Below the pieces are notes generated by a model that saw only the letters and a list, made by a program, of their open reading frames with translations, was not told the origin of the DNA and did not search any database. A stretch of 63,995 nt of DNA, filler included, from Bonamia ostreae (taxonomy: Eukaryota): the NCBI GenBank assembly GCA_040357525.1. It is 12 parts of 12 records of this genome, joined end to end, with 100 filler letters (N's around TTAATTAATTAA, not from the genome) between each part and the next. Parts side by side here need not be neighbours in the genome. Positions count along the whole stretch, not along the records: positions 32,233 to 37,476 come from JBDODL010000213.1; positions 37,577 to 42,819 come from JBDODL010000214.1; positions 42,920 to 48,161 come from JBDODL010000215.1; 9 more parts are not named here. The stretch is one strand, 5' to 3'. The position numbers and the translations under genes are program-made. Below, piece by piece: positions 33,767 through 47,895 of this stretch (its first letter is position 1; each line of letters opens with the position of its first letter).

Positions 33767-36700
33767 TTAAGAATATTCAAAGGCTTCGTCGATGATGAGA
33801 ATATCTGGATCCGTAATTTGGTAATTTGATTCTCCGTCCATGAAACTTATATTCAAATCTCTTTTATCTGGTTTCTTAGAATTAGTTTTCTCAAAATTTG
33901 CGTATAAAAGGTTTGCCAAAGCTGACACCAAAACCAAAAAAGTCATTGAATATGGCAAAATTGTTTTTAGTTTTCCTTTTTATTATAAAATTCGAAAGAA
34001 TGAGCAAATAAATTATAAAATCGCAAAACCTGGAGATACTTTGCTCAAACAAAATGATGTTTTACTATTCCAAACGCCCTCATTGCAAACAGGATGGTCT
34101 CCATAAAATTTGTAGTTGTTCCTACATACTATCTTACAAGTGCTTTTGTTCCTTGTGTTGTAACAATATTTTATTTTCTCGCTGTCAGCGTTTTTGATAA
34201 AGGGCAACGTTTCAATGCAGTCGAGATTATCGACACAAGCAAAATTTTGGTCGTCTTTTATCTTCTCAAATACATTTTCATGGCCATTCAAGTTATAAAC
34301 CCAATCCTCCTTGCATGTAACAATGGTGGATTTGACAGGTGATTTAAAATTGAAAGTTGTATGCTGATTTGCACAGAAGACTTGACAACTGTCACCCTCT
34401 GAAAAATATTCTTTCCCGCAATTTTCATCAATGGAAGGATGCAAAATGGCCCTTAAATCGTCAAGTACACATTTTGCTTTTTATTTAAAAATTGTTGCTA
34501 TTTCATAGAATATTGTTATAATATTGATTTAAAACATTGTTTATAGAAACCGTCACAATGTTGTTTATAGAAAGATTCAGAAAAGATTTTTTCGCTGTCG
34601 GCGAGAACAAATTGGTTCTTTTCGTCACATTTAACGACAAACGGGTTTGATTTCGGATTGTGTAAGCATTGAATCGACATTCTTTCTCCTGGTCCAAGTC
34701 CAGTGCTCAAAGAATCAATTTGAAGGATGTTTTTATCGAGCAAATTAATGGAGCAGTAACTTACGTCTCTGTTCGTTTCTTTGCAATCCAGAACATCAAC
34801 CACATCCTTCAAGCTTTCGAAAACTTGGTTGTTGTTTTTGTATTTCCAGACAAAAGTGTTTGCGTCCAAATCACAGACGACATTTACAGAAACAGATGTA
34901 GTGGCAAAGTTGAGTACTTTATTCGGATCTTTACAGGAAATGGTACATAATTCTTTGTAGTAGAATGTGTTTTTTTGATCACTTGGAGTTTCCGCAAACG
35001 ATATCGATGAAGTCGATATCGTTAATAAATCGCTTTTCAGGCAAAAAGCTAAATTTTAAAACGTTTGGTTAAATTTTAGATTATTTTTTGAAACTACCTT
35101 TACAGCGTTCGTAAAAGCCAAAATAGCTTGTTGGCGAATTGTTATCAGTGAAATAAAATTTTGATTCATCTCCGCAGCGAATTTGAAAAATTACATTGTT
35201 GATGCACAAAATAGTTCTAATTGTATCAAAATATTCTCCTTTTGCATTTTCTGGAATTAGAATAACGGGCGAAGTTATTTGTTTGTAAGAACAATATATC
35301 TCTTCCGTTGTTTTGTCTTTTGTTTTCAGATGTAACAATGATATAATTGGTGATCGAAGAGTTAAAAGGAACGGATGTTTGAAAACCTCTACAGCGAATG
35401 GTGTTCTTAATGCCATTAAAATCAACCGCAGAATCTTTTTTCGCGGTCCATTTATACAAACTATTGCAATAAACTTCGGTTTCAGTGGTTGGAGTACTAA
35501 AATCGAGAAATTGGTTTTCGTTTTCACAATAAATGCAGCAAAAATCTCCAACGCCATAAGATGCTTTCACACATGTGCTAGCAATTCCGTTGCCCAAATG
35601 TCGAGTTATGTCTGTAAGACTACAATACTTTTCCGGTAAAGCAGGCACTAAAAATTTAAGTATTTTTAACTATTGCACTCTTTTCTGAAAGAGGTTTCGT
35701 TCAAAAGAGTTTTCGCATTTTTAAGATAAAAATTAGAATCGACCCCACAAATAATCTCGAAAAAGTATCTCGATGGACATATTAATGTTGTTACCACATT
35801 AACTGATGTGCCCATTATGCCATAAGGAGTACCTGCAAACGAATGGATGGTACTGAATAGACAGTATGCTTCATTTATTTCTATTTATTGTACAATTTAT
35901 AGTTTTGTCGAGATGATTTAATTGTTACATACAGTTAGTTAAAAACGGTTACAAACTATTCTATCTGAACTTAGATCCACAAAAGGATCATTTTCCAATG
36001 CCCAGTTTAAATTCGAGTTACAATAAACTTTTACGAAAGCGACATGTTTCGTTATATTTAGTACTGTATATGGTTTGCTACAAAGAATAAGACAAGTCCC
36101 TCCAGGCGAAGTTTGTTGGGCAGGGCATTGAAGCAAAACTTCCTCTCCCAAATTTTTCAACAGACCTTGTTGAGAGCAATTTGGAACGCATCTTTTTCTG
36201 TAGTCGTTTTCGTTAAGTGCCGTTCCTGTGTCCACAAAATGAAAATTGGAATCGGCAAAACATTGCACTTTAAAAGTTATTTTCGAGATACAGATCAATG
36301 TTTTTATTGTATTCAAAGTTTCGCCTTTCACGTCGAATGGGACATGTAATATTAAAGGATTCAAATCGCTGTATGAGCAATATGGTTCTTTTGGGTTCAA
36401 CGCTTTTTATTTAGTTTCGTTGGATGCATCTCCAATATTAGTTAGGAAAGTTGGTAACACAAAAAATTTTAATTTTCAAAGTAGTACAAAAACATCTACA
36501 GCGCACCGGATTGGAGATATCGTAAAAATCGACTGTCGGATCATTAGCTATAATCCATTTGAACTGCTCACTGCATTTGACAGTGCTCATTGTTACAGGA
36601 GCTAATAAATTTAACACTTGTTTTTCAGTGTTGCAATAAATAGCGCATTGATCACCAAAGTAATTCTTTTCTTTCGGGCAAACAATCACTATTTCGCTTC

Positions 36701-37301
36701 CCGTGTTTTCGTGCAAAACTTTGTTCGAACAATAGATATCTTTGCAAAAATCTGTGACCTCTTTCACATTTGTAACAATAAGATTCGCCGAGTTTATTAG
36801 ATTCTTGTCTCTGCAATGTAGGTTCATCTTATCCCCGCCATTGCATTCCACGACTACATTTTGATCGGTACCAACACCTTTGACACCGTATTTAAAAGTT
36901 ATCGCACTACCGTCAAACTCTTTTAAGCTGCAATAATTCTGGTCATTCTTTAAAGCGACGCATGAAAATTGAGGGCTGATCTGACCATACGAATCGAACA
37001 AATTGTTTTGTTGCTTATTATCGCCGATCTTAGACATGTAGACCCATTTTCCCTTGTTGCAAAAGACTTCGAGTTCAGTTTTTTCTTGCCCAGGCACTCC
37101 GAACAGGCTGTCAGCGAACTTGCAAACGAAAATACAACTATCGCTCTGTTTTATTTGCTCGCTGACACATTTTTCGCTGTCAGCCATTTTTACGGTTGCC
37201 GTAATGCGGTTTTGCAGCAAACTGCGTGCGCAAGTTAAAATTTTGGTTGATCGAGTAAACGCACTTAGCGTTGCCATTAACGCAACGAATGAAAAAATCA
37301 T
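33767..37301 (-). CDS. Cys-rich sushi/CCP-like repeat surface protein, multi-exon
   Basis: Signal MIFSFVALMATLSAF; modules C...G..C.I.C...V.C...W; a sushi-like CKIVCRNNYKFYGDHPVCNEGVW; hydrophobic segment near the C-terminus. Confidence 0.8.
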
Positions 37302-37576
37302 TGTTATTTCTATGTTAAATTTTATTGTGCACACAATTCCGTTATTTAATTGATGCTGTGATTTGCTTGGAATTTTAGGTTTTAGACGATTTTGTAATTT
37401 TTTTGAATGTAATTTTTTGCGACAATAAGCGATTTTAGACGATTTTGTTTGTGAATAATTTTTTGCGACAATAAGCNNNNNNNNNNNNNNNNNNNNNNNN
37501 NNNNNNNNNNNNNNNNNNNNTTAATTAATTAANNNNNNNNNNNNNNNNNNNNNNNNNNNNNNNNNNNNNNNNNNNN

Positions 37577-38118
37577 GAGATTTCAAACGATATCCCAAAA
37601 TTGCCTCGCCTAAGACAAATAAAAATTGATGAAAATAAAAATATTGAACCTAATTTGCTGAAAATAATGTTATCTTATTTAAATTTAGTCTTGGTTACGC
37701 GTTTTGTTCGAAACTTTATAACGGAGACGTGTATCAATCAGATTTTGCATCAGATTTTATCTATATCTCGGAAGCTCATTCAAAAATATCCTGTAAAAAT
37801 ACGTCTGAGGCCGTTTCGGACTTTATTAACAAAGTAAAAAAACCGCCATATAAGCAATTGTTTCTCGGAATTTTGACGCTAAAAGATGTTTATCTCATTT
37901 TGCAAGAAAAGGAAATTGTCTTAAGAGCGTTGGGGCAAATTTGCGGAATTTTAAAAAACGCCAGAAAACAATTTGGGACTTTTTCAGACAAAAAATCAGC
38001 TTTTCTCTCAAAAAAGAAAATAATTTATTACATTGAATGGACTCGCAAACACAAAAATTTTAAAACGATGGCAGAAGATATTTATATTCTTTTTAAAAGA
38101 ATGTCGACGAATAAATAA
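37577..38118 (+). CDS. Possible ZNHIT2-like C-terminal region
   Basis: YAFCSKLYNGD read upstream of ORF 37729; C-terminal KKKIIYYIEW. Confidence 0.4.
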
Positions 38119-38238
38119 TCATTTTTTCTTTTCTCAATAATAATTTTTTTTCTCAATAAGTATCAAAATGTTTTTTGATATATTAAACAAAACGAAAAAT
38201 ATAAAAAAATACAAGCCTTAAAACCACAAAAAATATTA

Positions 38239-39275
38239 ATGAATTGTTGTTCTGAAGCTAATATTTTGAGAAATCAAAATCCTCAATGGAGCGAAAATGA
38301 GCAAGAAGATTTCGTGTCCAAAATTAAGATGTGTGAATGTATTAGAAGTTCTTTGACAAAATTGGTCAATAAACAAAAAAATATCCGTTCAGTAATGGCT
38401 GGTTTTTAAAATAAATGCCAAAAATCTGTGCGCTTTTTAAAATTTTAACGAGAAAAATAAAGATAATTGAATAATAAAAGTAACTTATTACAATAAAGTA
38501 AATTGTTACAATAAAGTAAATAATAAAAAAAATAAAGATAACTTGAAAGTAAATTGTTACAATAAAGTACTTAGCAATTAAACAATATCGTTATCATCAA
38601 TGTTTATCTAAAGAACTCAGCAAATACACGGATAACCTTGTTGTTCAAGCAGAACGATTAAACAATGCCCACGAAAATTTTCGCTCAATTATCGCATTTT
38701 TGAAAGTTTCTCGATTCCTCAAAAAGGAGATGAGTGTGCTTAAACTTGGTCTCGCTGAAATACTTCGAAGTAAATTGTTTCAACCCCTGAAAAACGCCCT
38801 CGAAATTCATCTAAACAATGTACATGATCTCAAAAATGTTTTCGTCTCAAAGAAAAAACAAGATTATGTGAATAGCACTCTTCTTAAAAAAGAAGAAGAG
38901 AAGAGTCAAATGAGAAGCGAAGTACTCGAAGATTTGAGATTAAAAGTTAAACATAGCGGGATTGATGTTGAAACGGCAAGATCGAATCTTGAAAAGGCTG
39001 TTGTTGAAGCGTTGACACACATGGAAAGTTTTATATTGTTACCATGTTTTAATGACACTTTTATTGCTATCGTTTTTTCACTGGCAAAATTTAAAGGCGA
39101 AATGTCTGAAATGATAATGAGTTCGATTGAACTTATGCGAGAAACATTTGAAAATATGGCAAAGATCGAAGAGCCGAGTGGTGAAATGCCAACATCCCAA
39201 AATTATGACATTGTCAAAATTTCACAGTCTGTTGTTGCCAACCAACAGGAAGAAATCAAAAGCGAAGGTGCTTAA
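38239..39275 (+). CDS. Hypothetical helical (BAR-like?) protein, multi-exon
   Basis: MNCCSEAN... first exon plus helical ORF 38700-39275. Confidence 0.5.
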
Positions 39276-39768
39276 TGCCACATTGTCTGTTAAATAGATC
39301 TTTAAATATTTATTGAATATTATAATCGGTTAGCTCTATACTTCTGAAATGTTTGAAAATATTACGTTTATTTCAACCAAATCAAAAAAACGGTAAAAAA
39401 TCAGGAATGGAAATCCTTTAAATAATTGATATGATTAAGTAATTTTTTATTTGTACTTTGGGAGGTCACGACCTCGACTTGACTGTTCATAGCCTAAGCA
39501 GACATTCAAGGTCTTAAATTTTAGAAGCAACCTCAATCAAATTAGATAAACCTACTTTTCCCGTCTCGACATCAGTTTGGAAACGACATCACTGAGATTC
39601 AAACTCTTCGATTAAATAATTTTCTATTCTAATGATTTAAAATTTTATCTACAATTAATTTCGAAAACATGTCAAATTGATCAACAAAACCTAATACAAA
39701 ATCTTTATAACGTAAATATAAATTTTTATTCACAAATATAATCAAAATCACAATCTAACACATAAAAA

Positions 39769-40811
39769 ATGATTTTTAAAATACTGATTTTTTTACTGAT
39801 TTCAAACAATGTCAATACCAGTAGCGTAACCGATGATTTAGTTCAATCGATTATCGAAGAAATCTTGAACCAAATCATTGCGGACAGTTTATCCCCATCT
39901 GAAACTGAAGTTACAAGTGACTCCACATCAGGCAGTAAGAACGTTGAAGATTGGTTCAAACCTAATGAATGGGATGTGCTTTTTCCGTACATGGACTATA
40001 TTCTTTGTAACAACAGCGGAAGATTCACATACGATGCGTTCATTACAGCTGCGAAAAAATGGCGTAGCAAGGGATTTTTGAATTCCGGCGACCACGAAAA
40101 AGATCGACGTGAATTGGCGGCTTTCTTTGGACAAACTAGCCATGAAACCACAGGAGGGGGAGGAACTTGGACTTACGACCTTCCAGGGTCCCCCTCCCCG
40201 TTTGAATTCGGGTACTGCTTTTGGGACGAATTAAACGGGCACCTGAGTCCGTACTGTGCCGTGGATCCAACTTACCCGTGCGAACCCGGGAAATGGTATA
40301 GCGGGAGAGGCCCTCTGCAGCTGTCGTATAATTATAATTATGGGCAGTTTGGAGATGCTATCGGGAGACCAGAGATTCTGAAGAGGCCAGAGTTGCTTGA
40401 TGAAGATCCTTCGTTGGCGTTTGAGGTTGTCTCTTTCAAAAATACTTTTAGTTTAAATTTGTATTGACTAAAACACGAATTTTGGTAATCCGGAATAGCG
40501 TGAAGATCGAATTTAATTAAAATTTGGAAATTTTAATAAAGGGAGCGATGTGGTTTTGGATGACGCCTCAATACTTGAAACCAAGTTGCCATGACGTCAT
40601 AGATGACATCGTTACTACCTCTCAAACCAATGGAAAGCCATTGGGGTTCGGATTGTTAACCGTAATTATAAACGGCGGAGAATGTCATTGGGCATCCGGG
40701 AACGAGTCTGAGTTTTCAAGTGACAGAATTGGCTTTTATAAACGTTACCTTGAATACTTTGGTGTAAGTGATAGCAGAGAAATGGGGTGCAAGGACATAA
40801 GGCCTTACTAG
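39769..40811 (+). CDS. Glycoside hydrolase family 19 chitinase, secreted, one intron
   Basis: RELAAFFGQTSHETTGG, YSGRGPLQLSYNYNYG, WFWMTPQYLKPSCHDVI, IINGGEC, DRIGFYKRY. Confidence 0.96.
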
Positions 40812-41414
40812 AGATAGATTATCTCATTAAATTGTTCGACTTTTTTGTCTCATTAAATTATTTTTACCCAATTAATTTGTAAAGCCTGATTTTTACTCAA
40901 TTAATTTGTTACGCTGTTTTCGAAGATTGTCGTTTGCATTTAAATTAAAAATTGTAAATTAAAGTTTTGTCTTTTTATCCATCAGAGAATTAAATTCGTA
41001 AAAAATTCTAATTGATCTGTTTAAATTACGAAAATCTAAATAGATTTACAATTTGCACATTTTCTCGCTCAATTTGATTTTTATAAATTTAACGCACATT
41101 ATTATTTGTTCAGGCATTTCTTCATCAGTTTCAGATTGCACAACAAATCCAAAGCCAAAATCAAAACTTTGCAAATACGGCCTAATTCCACTAAGACCTG
41201 TCTGACTCAAATATCCAAATTTATTCATGTCGACATTGACCTCAAAATAGCTTTCCCCTCTTTGTTGGAAATTACATATTTTTATCCCGATAACACAAAA
41301 CGAGAATGGATTAATGTTAACATTACAAACAACAATGAATTAATGAGATCATTACAAACAACAAAAATACAAATATATGCAAATCCTCAATAATATTTTT
41401 TTCATAAGAAGCTT

Positions 41415-42376
41415 TTATAATCCGAAATGGACAAAATCCTCATTGAGGTCACAAATGCTAAAACAAAACAGAAAAAAGCTAGACGATGTTCTGGCTAAAA
41501 AAGGTTTTCCGTTAAATTTCTTCAAAAGACTTCGAACAATCTTTGGGAAATTAATCGTTTCGGCGTTGAGAGTTTTTGCAATAACTTTAAATCGTTTTCT
41601 AATGGGAAGATCTGGACTTGTTAAAGTTTCTTGATTGAAGACGAAATGCTTCAACAAAATTAGAGACGGATCTTTCATTTTTTACATTAAAAACTTTTTT
41701 CTCTTTCGGCCTTTTCGATAATTTTGTGTTGGATTTGGCCGTACAAAACGCAAACGTTGCTTTTCTCGTCTTTCTTGGAACCCAAAAAAGACTTTGCCTC
41801 GAGAGGCACTGTTATGCTTATCACAAACCAAGTCGGCAATTTCATTTTCGCTGTTGGTTTTGCGGTCAATTTGAGGTTCGAATTGGGTTCTGTTGCCAGA
41901 TTGATATTCGCTTCGGAAAAAAAGGACTTGGAAATCTTGAAGTCGCGAGAACTGCTATCGCCGATTTCTTGGTTCGAGGAAATCGATCTCTTGATCGCGT
42001 CATCGGCCGCGTTGGTAATGTTCGAGTGTGATAACGGTTTTCCTTTTATGTCTTTGCTAACTTTTTATTTTTTAAACGGGGCAAATTTGCTATTTTCTTC
42101 TTCGAACTTTCTGTCCAAATAGTCGAAATCTATCAGCGCCCCAAAATTTTTCAGTCCCTTTTCGGAATTAAAGATGTCTACCGCCACCGTCTTGTAAAAA
42201 GCGTCTTTCGATTTTTGTTTTAGTCCGTTTGATTTGTAGTTTTTGCCCGCCCTCACTTTGAAGGATTGAGCTTAAGTTGGAAATTTAAACAATCGATTTG
42301 GTCCCAGCATTCGTCATTTATGTTGTTTTCGGCATCGTATAGCGGGTATTTTCCGGGATGGCGAATTTTTTTCATT
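41415..42376 (-). CDS. Hypothetical protein, multi-exon
   Basis: Chain of minus-strand ORFs separated by short GT-AG gaps; boundaries approximate. Confidence 0.45.
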
Positions 42377-43145
42377 TGGCTAAAATGAATTTATGGGAAA
42401 GTTTGTTTAACGTAACTAAAGTCAATTTTGGTTTTGGGATTTTTTGGGATGGATTTTTGGCGATTATCGACTTTTTAACGATCTCTTCGACTCCATCGAT
42501 TTTGTCAAATTTTATCAGAACGCAAAAAAGTTAAATCCCAAAATGAGATTTTTACATTTATCTCATTTTTAAATCCCAAATTTTGCGCAAAAAGATAGTT
42601 TCAACTCAGATTTTACATTTCAGGTGGTTACAACGCACGGAAATAAAAATTCTGACGATTAATGTGTCATAAAATTTTTCGGGACTGATGTGAAATAATT
42701 TTCGGGACATCATTATTTTTAAACATCAACAACATTTTTTTAGCCATCTGTAAATAACAACAAAATCAATTTATTTCACTTTTCCATTATTAAACCAACA
42801 CAACGCTTGAGCATATTATNNNNNNNNNNNNNNNNNNNNNNNNNNNNNNNNNNNNNNNNNNNNTTAATTAATTAANNNNNNNNNNNNNNNNNNNNNNNNN
42901 NNNNNNNNNNNNNNNNNNNTGTACTAACATTCGTAACTCCTTTGTACGGATGGCAAACACGACAAATGATAATAGTTTTCTTTGCAGTTTTTATTTATCT
43001 ACCCGTCTACTTTGACTTTGCTGAAAAACTTACATCCATTTTCGGTTTTGAAAATGTCGGAAATCTCAACATATTGCTTTAGTAAATGACTTTACCTTTC
43101 CATTCGACCAAATAAAATTTTACAATCGACAAAAAATAATAGAAT

Positions 43146-44259
43146 TTAATGTTTAGTGCTCTTAAATGACATCTTTTTGCGCTGAATGTAAAATTGCAGG
43201 TTATTGACCTGGTCCATGTAATTTGCAACTTCGACTTTTAGCTCAACCAGTCTTTTCTCAAACAACTTCCTCTCCTTTTCTAATGAAACTTCATGAATAC
43301 ACAACCCGCTGATCTTAATTTGAAATGTCAAAACTTTGTTCGAACACTTTTTGGCGGGAACTGAACATTCCAAAGCTTCTATTTCTTCTTCTTTTTTGGC
43401 GATGATTTGGTTTTGCTTTTTGATGACTTCTTCATATTCCGCCAATACTTTTGCGACCATAGCGCTCGTTTCACTGAATAGTACCTTTTTGCTTTTGTGT
43501 TTCTGTTTTTCGCGCAGAACTAGAAGCAAGCCGCTCCGCGCTTTTGAAAATGTTCGTGGAATCGAGTTTTGAGCACTGCTTATGGAACCCCAACGCTCTA
43601 AAACCTGTTCTAGCTTCGGTTCGTTTTCGAAATTGGAATTTGTCTTTACTTTTGTATCGCCATTTTTCTCGAGCACGCCATTTGAGAATTTGGGGTCATC
43701 GAAAATTTGAGAATTTGTTTCATTTTCCATTTCTAAAGAATTTTGAGAATTAGATTTTTTGGGACTTCCATTGTCTTTTCTTGAAGATTTGATTTCCGAG
43801 TCTTTAGCGTCAATGCTCGGCTTCTTATGAAACTCCAACGACATTTTTTCAAGTTCGCTTTCTATTTGGTTTGTTTTTCCAATTTCTTCCGATTTCTTTT
43901 CTGAAGTTTTCGAAAGAATCGGTTTGTCTTTCTGAGACGTTTTGGAATGTTTTTTTGAAAGAGAAATTTTGGAAGATTTTTTGGAAGATTTTTTGGAAGA
44001 TTTTTTAGAAGATTTGGATCCGAAAAAACGGAATTTTTTAGATTTTTCTTCGATGATTATAGAAACCTTTTTTCGAAGCGTTTTGGAGCTCAGAGGACAT
44101 TTTTCTGGCCGAGGCATTGGAAATTAATAAATCATAGCAATCTTTGCAGAGACGATTTTTATCTAGAAAAAAAGTTTCCGATTTGTCCATTTTTTTAGAA
44201 CAGTTCTTGCATCTATTGTTATAAAGTAAATAAACCTTTTGCCCATATTCGAATATCAA
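43146..44259 (-). CDS. Hypothetical protein: N-terminal zinc-finger (LIM-like half), Ser/Lys-rich linker, coiled coil
   Basis: CKNC...LCKDCY, (SSKK)n repeat, C-terminal coiled coil. Confidence 0.55.
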
Positions 44260-44588
44260 TTTTAAACGTTTCTATCTTTAAGATATAAATCGGTTTATAT
44301 TTTTAAATTATTAAATGTTTTCAGTTATTTTTTTACTTTTTTTACAGATTTCTTAAATTGCATTGGCTAAATATTATTTAGTTTTTGTCATTTGAACATT
44401 TTTTAATATTTTAGTTTATTGTTTTTGTAGAAAATTGCAAATTTTTATTCGGTTTAAAAGTTGTTGTTTTGTGTGCCAAGTTTTATTAATATGTAAATTT
44501 ACTTGGTTCCAATGGTTAGTTCCAATACGCAATTACAAAAATAATTTAATTATTCGAAAGTGACTTGCGAAAAATAAGATATAAAGAT

Positions 44589-45687
44589 TTATCCACATTT
44601 TAGACGAATATTATCAAAGTTCCATCTCCCCATTCGGCACATGACATAATCACTGAATCCGAATCTCCCCATTTCAAGGACAGAACTTTCCTCGTGACAA
44701 CGCACATTGCAAATGTTGTACCAGTTTTCAGCCAGCGGAGAGTTGCACTTGACCACATAGTTACCGAAGCGACTCTCGACGTTCTTTCCTTCTATTCTGC
44801 AGCCTTGGTCACACTCAAAATAAGTGTTTAGTTCAAAATTCTTTTCTTCTTTGCATTCAAAAAAGGCAGAAGTAGATGCCAAAGAATAGTACCCGTTGTC
44901 GTTGTTGCACACCAAATTGCAAGACGAGACCAAGTTTGAGTCTCCGGAAGCCGTGAATCCGACTTGGTCGCAATCGGATTCAGCTCCGAACGAGTTCTGG
45001 GTGACCGGGTTGTTCAGTCCAAACTTGTTACACCCTTCGATCAAAACAACCAAACCCAACTTGCACTCCAAAATCGTCACAACGCCATCTGCCCATCGCC
45101 ACGAATCCTCAGTGTCGCCCTTCTTTCTCGTGCACACCATGTAAATCTTCAGATTATGGTCGAAGCTCCCGACTGAGTTTACTGAGAAGTACCCTGGTTT
45201 GCAACTGACCGCCGCTTTGTAATACCGAATGGGATCCGCATTGATGACGGTTTCAGTGGTCGAATATACGAAATAAGGCTCATTTATGTCGACTTTGGAA
45301 TGGCATCCGATTTGGCAATTCAAATCAGCGTCTGTCCCTTTAAAAGCAGGCGCCCAAGTTGATTCAGGGCCGCTTCCGTCCTTCCTATAAACCGAGTAGA
45401 AACTGATAGAATCGCCATCTGCGACGGGCAAATCTTTATTTTAGTTGCGAAAATGAGCAAATTAAAAAATTGTGGAGATTATGACCCGAAGGGAAATATC
45501 CCTTTTCTTCGTCACAAATAACAGCACAGAGATAGCGATCTTCCGTCTCGTCATGTTGATAATAAAGAGGTTTATAGCCTTCGACGTGAAAATCGGGGCA
45601 GTCGAGATGGCCTAAGTTTTTAGCGAGATCGAAACATAAACGCAGCCACACGAAAAAAAGAACGAACTCCATTTTTCCTATGTTCAC
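44589..45687 (-). CDS. Secreted Cys-rich sushi-like protein
   Basis: Signal-like MEFVLFFVWLRLC; CAVICDEEKGYF, VSCKPGYF...C...W, CNLVCNNDNGYY, VMCRMGRW. Confidence 0.75.
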
Positions 45688-45761
45688 TTAAAATAATTCG
45701 CCGAAGGAGGATAAGAAGAACGCAACGAATATAATCAAATTAAAGTGCAATCGTTTACTTT

Positions 45762-46155
45762 TCATCCGGGCGGCCACTTCATATTTCTCCCGGAAATCAG
45801 ATGAACGTGAAGATGGTAAATGCTTTGCCCTCCCGATTTGCCGTCGTTGATAACGATTCGAAAGCCGTCGAGCTGCTTTTCTCTGGCGATCCGTCGAGCT
45901 ACAAGGAGCAGGTGGCCGAGGATGTCTTTGTCGGATTCTTCCGCTTCGGAGAGACGAGCGATTGGCTTTACAGGGAAAATGATGATGTGCGTCGGGGCTT
46001 GTTTGTTGATGTCGTTAATGGCCATACTAAACTTTTATCCCGAAAAACCATTTTTCGTCTTTATACACTTTGTCGGAGGGGATTTTGCCAGTGATTATTT
46101 TGGTAAAAAGGGATTCTCCGGGTTCAGTCGGTGGATCTGCGCCTATTTCAGCCAT
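45762..46155 (-). CDS. HINT1: Histidine triad nucleotide-binding protein
   Basis: LFTKIITGKIPS, DINKQAPTH, GGQSIYHLHVHLISGRNMKWPPG. Confidence 0.95.
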
Positions 46156-46479
46156 GAAACTTTTGGGAAACCATAAATGTACAGGGAAATGTTTTTTGTA
46201 AGCCTTACATTTACTTACAAAAAGAAAAATATAAGACATAAAACCGTGTGAGCTTTTAAAGTTTAAATGTTTTGTGTATAATAATTTCAATTAAAGCTTA
46301 GAAACATTTTTAAAAATTTATTAAATGTTTAAAAATTTATGTTGATAGTTTTCTGCGAACGACGATTTTTGCAAAATTTTTGTGAACTTTGGAAACTAAT
46401 TTAATGTTGGGCACAATTGAAAATCAATCGATTTTTGTTGTTATTAATAAAAAGAATTGAATTTTTCGATTCAAATTTA

Positions 46480-46775
46480 ATTGATTAAAATCGAAAAATA
46501 TGATTAAAAATTTGATAAAAATTGAACTTATAAAATTGAAAAAAAACGATCAAAAATTAAAAATTTGATAAAAATTGACTAAAAAAATTAAAAATAAATT
46601 TAAAATAATCGAAAAATTAAAAATTTGATTAAAAAATTAAATTTAATAAAAATTGAAAAAAAATGACTAAAAAATTAAAAACAAATTTAAAAAAAATAAT
46701 CGAAAAATTAAAAATTTGATTAAAAAATTGACTTAAAAATTAAAAATTTGATAAAAATTGAAAAAAAGATAAATT
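46480..46775. repeat. Degenerate AT-rich minisatellite-like tract
   Basis: Repeated aaaattaaaaatttgat(t/a)aaaaattga units between HINT1 and NOL10. Confidence 0.7.
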
Positions 46776-46966
46776 TGTTATTACTAAATCTGAAAAAATT
46801 TATTTTTAATTCGAATTCGCAAAGAAAAACGGAAACTTTTGCTGACCCAAAAATGTCTTTTTCAGTTAAAACATTTTACCAGTAGGTGGCCATTAGAGCC
46901 TCTCACCATTATATCATCACATATAACGATCTCCCATATATCATTATAATTCGCCAAGCTCTAAAA

Positions 46967-47895
46967 ATGCCCTTGCCATCAACTGTTTCTAACGGAGTAA
47001 AAGCATACAACCTATCAGCCGCGAAAATAAGCCCAAAATGGGAAACGGCCAAAAGCGAAAAAAATCGTGTTGAAGAGCCCGACAGGGAAAACTCGATTGA
47101 ACTGCTACAAGACTTTAGTTTTCCATCATCGACCACTTTGATCCGCATTTCCGAAGATAACGGCCATCTTGTCACAGCGGGGACCTACAAGCCCCAAATC
47201 AAGGCGTTCGAGCTGTCACAGCTGTCCCTCAAGTTCGAGCGCCATTTAGAAGAAGAAACCGTCGATTTTCGAATTCTGTCCGAGGACTATTCAAAACTCT
47301 GCTTTTTGCGGAGAGACCGGTTTCTGGAATTCCACACGCAATTTGGATCGCACTACAAAACAAAGTTGCCCCAAAACGGCCGTAATATGGTTTCGATCTG
47401 CAATCTTTAGATTTTCAACCGCTTCAATTGCGATCTGTTGATCGCCAGTAGTAGAAAAGAAGTGTACAGGTTGAACCTGGAAGAAGGCCGTTTCAAAAAA
47501 TCCATAACGACGGATCTGGAGTTGAACCACGGCGCTCTCCATGACAAACTGCGTTTCTATGCGTTCGGAGGAGAAGATCACGTCGCCTGTTTCGACGAAC
47601 GGTCGAACGGCGAGATCGCTTCGTTTGAAGTGCAGAAATCGCTCGAGAATGGATCGGAAACGGTCAACGGAATAAGGAGGATCGCGTTCGACAAAAGTGG
47701 CGCGAGCAACGATTTGTTGATGGCCGTTGGAACGGGGAGCGGGAGAACTTTGGTTTACGACATTCGAATGAAAAAACCGCTCTTTGCGAAAGACCATCGC
47801 AACGAACGGCCAATCGTCGACTTGTCTTTTCATTCTTCCGATAAGTTCGTCTCGGCAGACCAAAACGGAATAAAATTTTGGGATTGCAAAACTGT
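46967..47895 (+). CDS. NOL10: Nucleolar protein 10 (Enp2), 3'-truncated
   Basis: VKAYNLS, IELLQDFSFP, GTYKPQIKAFELSQLSLKFERH, ILSEDYSKL, EVYRLNLEEGRF. Confidence 0.95.

Noticed and set aside
43965-44015. 12-bp tandem repeat (ttttggaagatt)n
   Set aside because: Ordinary coding low-complexity SSKK repeat.
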